From NCBI RefSeq assembly GCF_009914755.1, contig NC_060925.1: a stretch of 64,000 bases of DNA; one strand, given 5' to 3'. Numbering within the stretch: position 1 is the first letter of the stretch; the number at the start of each line of letters is the position of its first letter. The notes under the pieces are model-generated. The model was not told the origin of the DNA and did no database searches. It saw only the letters and a program-made list of their open reading frames with translations. Made by a program: the position numbers and the translations under genes. This document shows positions 60,807 through 64,000 of this stretch, in pieces. This stretch comes from the human T2T-CHM13v2.0 reference genome, Homo sapiens.

Positions 60807-63746
60807 CCTTCATCTGTAAAATGGGAATAATTTTAACCTAGCTCATTGGATAACCTTGTTCACAAGGATTGAAGGAGATAACGCGTATAACACCTTTAGC
60901 ATAGCGCCAGGCATATGGAAAGGGGTTGTTGATAGCTCTTGGCCTTCTGGAGCCCGTTTCCCCTCTGTAAATTGGGGGTTATTTATGGTCCTTACGGGCC
61001 TGCCGAGAGGCTACCATGAATTGTGGTTATAAAGGGCCTGGCTATGAAATAGATGCTCAATAAATGTTTCCTGCCCTTGAGAAGCTCCCCATCCATTTGG
61101 AGAGACCAGAAGCACACCCTTGGAGGATCTGACACTGGAGACTCGCACATAAACCACCAGGAACAGTGCTCTTCCAACAGTTGCTGCTTTTAAGTCTCTT
61201 GTAGGTTGGGGGAGGCTGAGGGTCCTTAGAGTTACGACTGGGAGCAGGGTTTTGATGGAGGTGAGAAGCTTTGTCCGAGATGATGGTCGAGGTGCCATGC
61301 ATGTGGGCAGAGGGCAGCAAAATTGTCCATTGAAGCACTGATCGCTGAAGCTGGAGTGTGAGGAAAGGGAAGGCCTGTTAGCCCAGAGCTGTGGAAGGAT
61401 TAGCCTCCTTTCTCCTGTGCAGGTTTCATTTAGCAGCCCTTAAGAACAGTGCAGTGTCCATCCACTTCTCTTTGGACAGAACCCCGTGCCATCCGCCAAT
61501 AGGTGCTTAATAAAGGCGGTGTAGAGGGATTCTGGGAAGGAGGAAGAATCTGGTTCGGCCTTTGTCTGCATGGCCTTGCATCTTCCTGTTGCCGCCACCA
61601 GAGGGTGCAGTTGCCCAGCAGAACCCAGCCCGATCCCCACGCCCTCCTCTCCTATGCAGGCAGCTCGCAGCTCTGCATCTTGTGGGCTAAGGAAGCAGGT
61701 CCCACAGGCACGTGTCCCCTCCTTCTCAGACTGGAAGAAAGTTGGGGTGAGAGGCTCAGGCTGGGGCAGTCCTGCACTGTGCGGGAAGCCAGGCAGGGTA
61801 GGGCGGCCGAGGAAGTTCAGAGGATGGGAAGAGCAGAACCGTATCTGTCTCTCTGTGTTGTGTTTGCCTCTGCCTTGCTGGGTGGTATCAAAAAACTCTC
61901 CTATTCTTGATTTAGGTTCCATCTTCTATAAACCACACCCCTCCTCAACAAAAACCAAGATTCTTGCTTTCTCTCATGTAACTTTCATTTTTTTCAGGAT
62001 GTAAAACCCATTAAGGATCTTGGGTGATAGAGTATGGGACAGGCTAGAATGCTATTTGATGGCAAGAGCAAAAGGTCAATAATTTTTCAGCCTGGCTGCT
62101 GCTTCTTATGGAATCTTCTTCCCTTTGGGTTATGGACCCCTTAGCCAGCGCCAGCTTCCCCTCCACCATCAGCATATCCCTCCTGCCAGGCCAGAACAAC
62201 TTGCCCCATTGAAGATCCCAAACTACTAGTGGTCTAGCCTTGGCCATCCTGGTGTGGTGACCAACAGGCAAGAGCCCAGTGACCCTGCATCCGGGGTGTT
62301 TGGGGTGCCAGAGAGAAGCAGAGGAGGAGCTGGAATTGGCAATGGACCCTAGGTTCCTTGCCAGAGCTCTTGCCCCACAGCAGGCCCTGAGAAACAGGAT
62401 ATTTAATGAAATCCTGTCTCCCAGTCCTTCAATGCCCAAGTCACTGTTCCCGTGGAAAGACACTGATGTTTGTACAGATGTGCATCTCTGTTGCTGCGTG
62501 GCAGCATTTTTATCTCCTGTCTCTGCAGAGCCCCTTCCCTGGGACTGAGGAGCCACAGAAGGCTTTGGGATCTGTGGATCCTTGCCATGAGCCGAGACCT
62601 CCCAGAGCTCCAGCACAATGACGGGAAGGCCAGGCTGCTATTCCAGGCCAGCCCTGGGTGCCACAAAGCAGACAGTGGGCTCAGGGAACATAGTCAGCAT
62701 TTCCGTTGCATTTGCCACCACCACAGGCTTTCCAGTGGCGTGCAGCAGTCGCTACTCCTTCCACAGGTACCAGGGAGTGTGTTCATCCAGTGACTGGCTT
62801 GGGACCAACCTGGGGTGGGGCTTTGATTTCTGAACCTTTTCTCCATGAGACCCCAAGAAGCCCCTGCCTTGACCACAGCTTGCCTCTGTGGTGGGTGGGA
62901 CCCCTTGCTAGTGGAGGATGGGAGCTCCTTTGTGAGTCCTTCTCTTCATTTTAAAGGGACAGAGTCGGCAGTCCCTCTTGCTGCTGGGACAGTGGGATAT
63001 TGTCAGTCAATGAAGTAGTCCTAAGTGTAGTAATTTTTAGTGTTGTGAGAATGGTGATTTGCAACAGGAAACAAGAACTAGCTCCCAGCCTAAAGGGTGA
63101 TGTGGGAAAAGAAGGTAAACGAATCTGCCCCATCACACATGGTGTTACGCAAAAACAGGATGTGGGAGCTGCACAGATCTGAGTTCAAATCCTGATTCTG
63201 TTACTTACTTACTTACTAGCTGGGTAACTAACCAGGGTGCTTTAGTTTCCTTGACTGTAAATGAGGTAATTGTGAGAATTAAAGAAGATTAAACCTGTAT
63301 AGTAGCTGGCATATGCTAGACATTCAATAAAAGTTAGTTTCCTTCACTTCCATTATCCATGTTTCTAGATTTTTCTTCTGAGTCCTTTTTTTCTGGACAT
63401 TGGAAGCTCCCCACAGATACAGAAGTTTTTCCCTATTAGGCAGTAGGCTTCCTGGGGGCAGGGTTCTGTCTCTTCCATTAGTGTAGGATCTGGTTAAGGA
63501 CAAGGCTGTGTTTGGCTGTGTTCCCTACTCAGCCTGGGGCCTCCATGAGATTAGGAACTGTGCCTTGCCCATCAGCCTGGGAACTCCCTGCAGGCTGGGG
63601 CTGTGTTCCTCCATCAGATCCCCCATGTTCAGGGTCCTTAGGCAGTAAGCTTGGTCACAGCATGAGACTATCAATGGTTGGAACAAAGGCACCCAGTTAG
63701 GTTTATGTTTGAGAATCAACCAAGGAGACCAAGGAGGTTCTGAAGG

Positions 63747-64000
63747 TATTTTTTATTTATTTATTCCTATTTATTTTTCGGTTTTTTTAGAGACAAGGTC
63801 TTGCTCTGTCACCCAGGCTGGAGTGCAGCGGCACCATCACAGCTCACTGCAGCCTTGAACTCCTGGGCTCAGGCGATTCTCCCACCTTAGCCTCCTAAGT
63901 AGCTGAGACTACAGGCACACACCACCTTGCCTGGCTAATTTTTTTTTTTTTTTTTTTTTTGTAGAGACAGCTGGGTTGGGAAGTCTCACTATGTTGCCTA
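63747..64000 (-). mobile_element. AluJ (runs off window end)
   Basis: Right monomer and linker present. Confidence 0.9.

Noticed and set aside
61405-62000. Splice-acceptor-like polypyrimidine/AG sites at ~61422 and ~61998
   Set aside because: No convincing paired donor or coding frame; cannot support an exon from sequence alone.

Overview
Human (or closely related hominid) genomic DNA: Alu-dense, with two CpG islands and no intact protein-coding exon that I can support. The island at ~8.4-9.3 kb contains, on the minus strand, a sequence I recognise as the non-coding first exon of CSRP1 (ending ...GCCAGCTGCCAG|GTGAGT), so 1-8853 is CSRP1 intron 1. A processed RPS10 pseudogene lies at 21.8-22.4 kb (probably RPS10P7 given the CSRP1 neighbourhood). 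The island at ~40.4-42.1 kb has + strand splice donors and is probably the far-upstream NAV1 promoter; that name comes from recalled gene order, not coding sequence. The rest is ~40 Alus, ERV solo LTRs (MER41, two LTR8-family, MER34/39-like, MLT1, MLT2), old L1, MIR/L2, MER5A, MER45 and microsatellites. Repeat subfamily names are from recalled consensus sequences and boundaries without TSDs are approximate. I found no convincing wholly new gene system. Best leads: (1) a MER41 LTR carrying a perfect CArG box next to an Ets site, ~6 kb upstream of the SRF target CSRP1; (2) a ~40-nt A-tailed retrocopy of an ERV1 LTR R-region hairpin; (3) two locally templated repair scars at 46-51.5 kb; (4) a deeply nested insertion stack at 18.7-23.5 kb.
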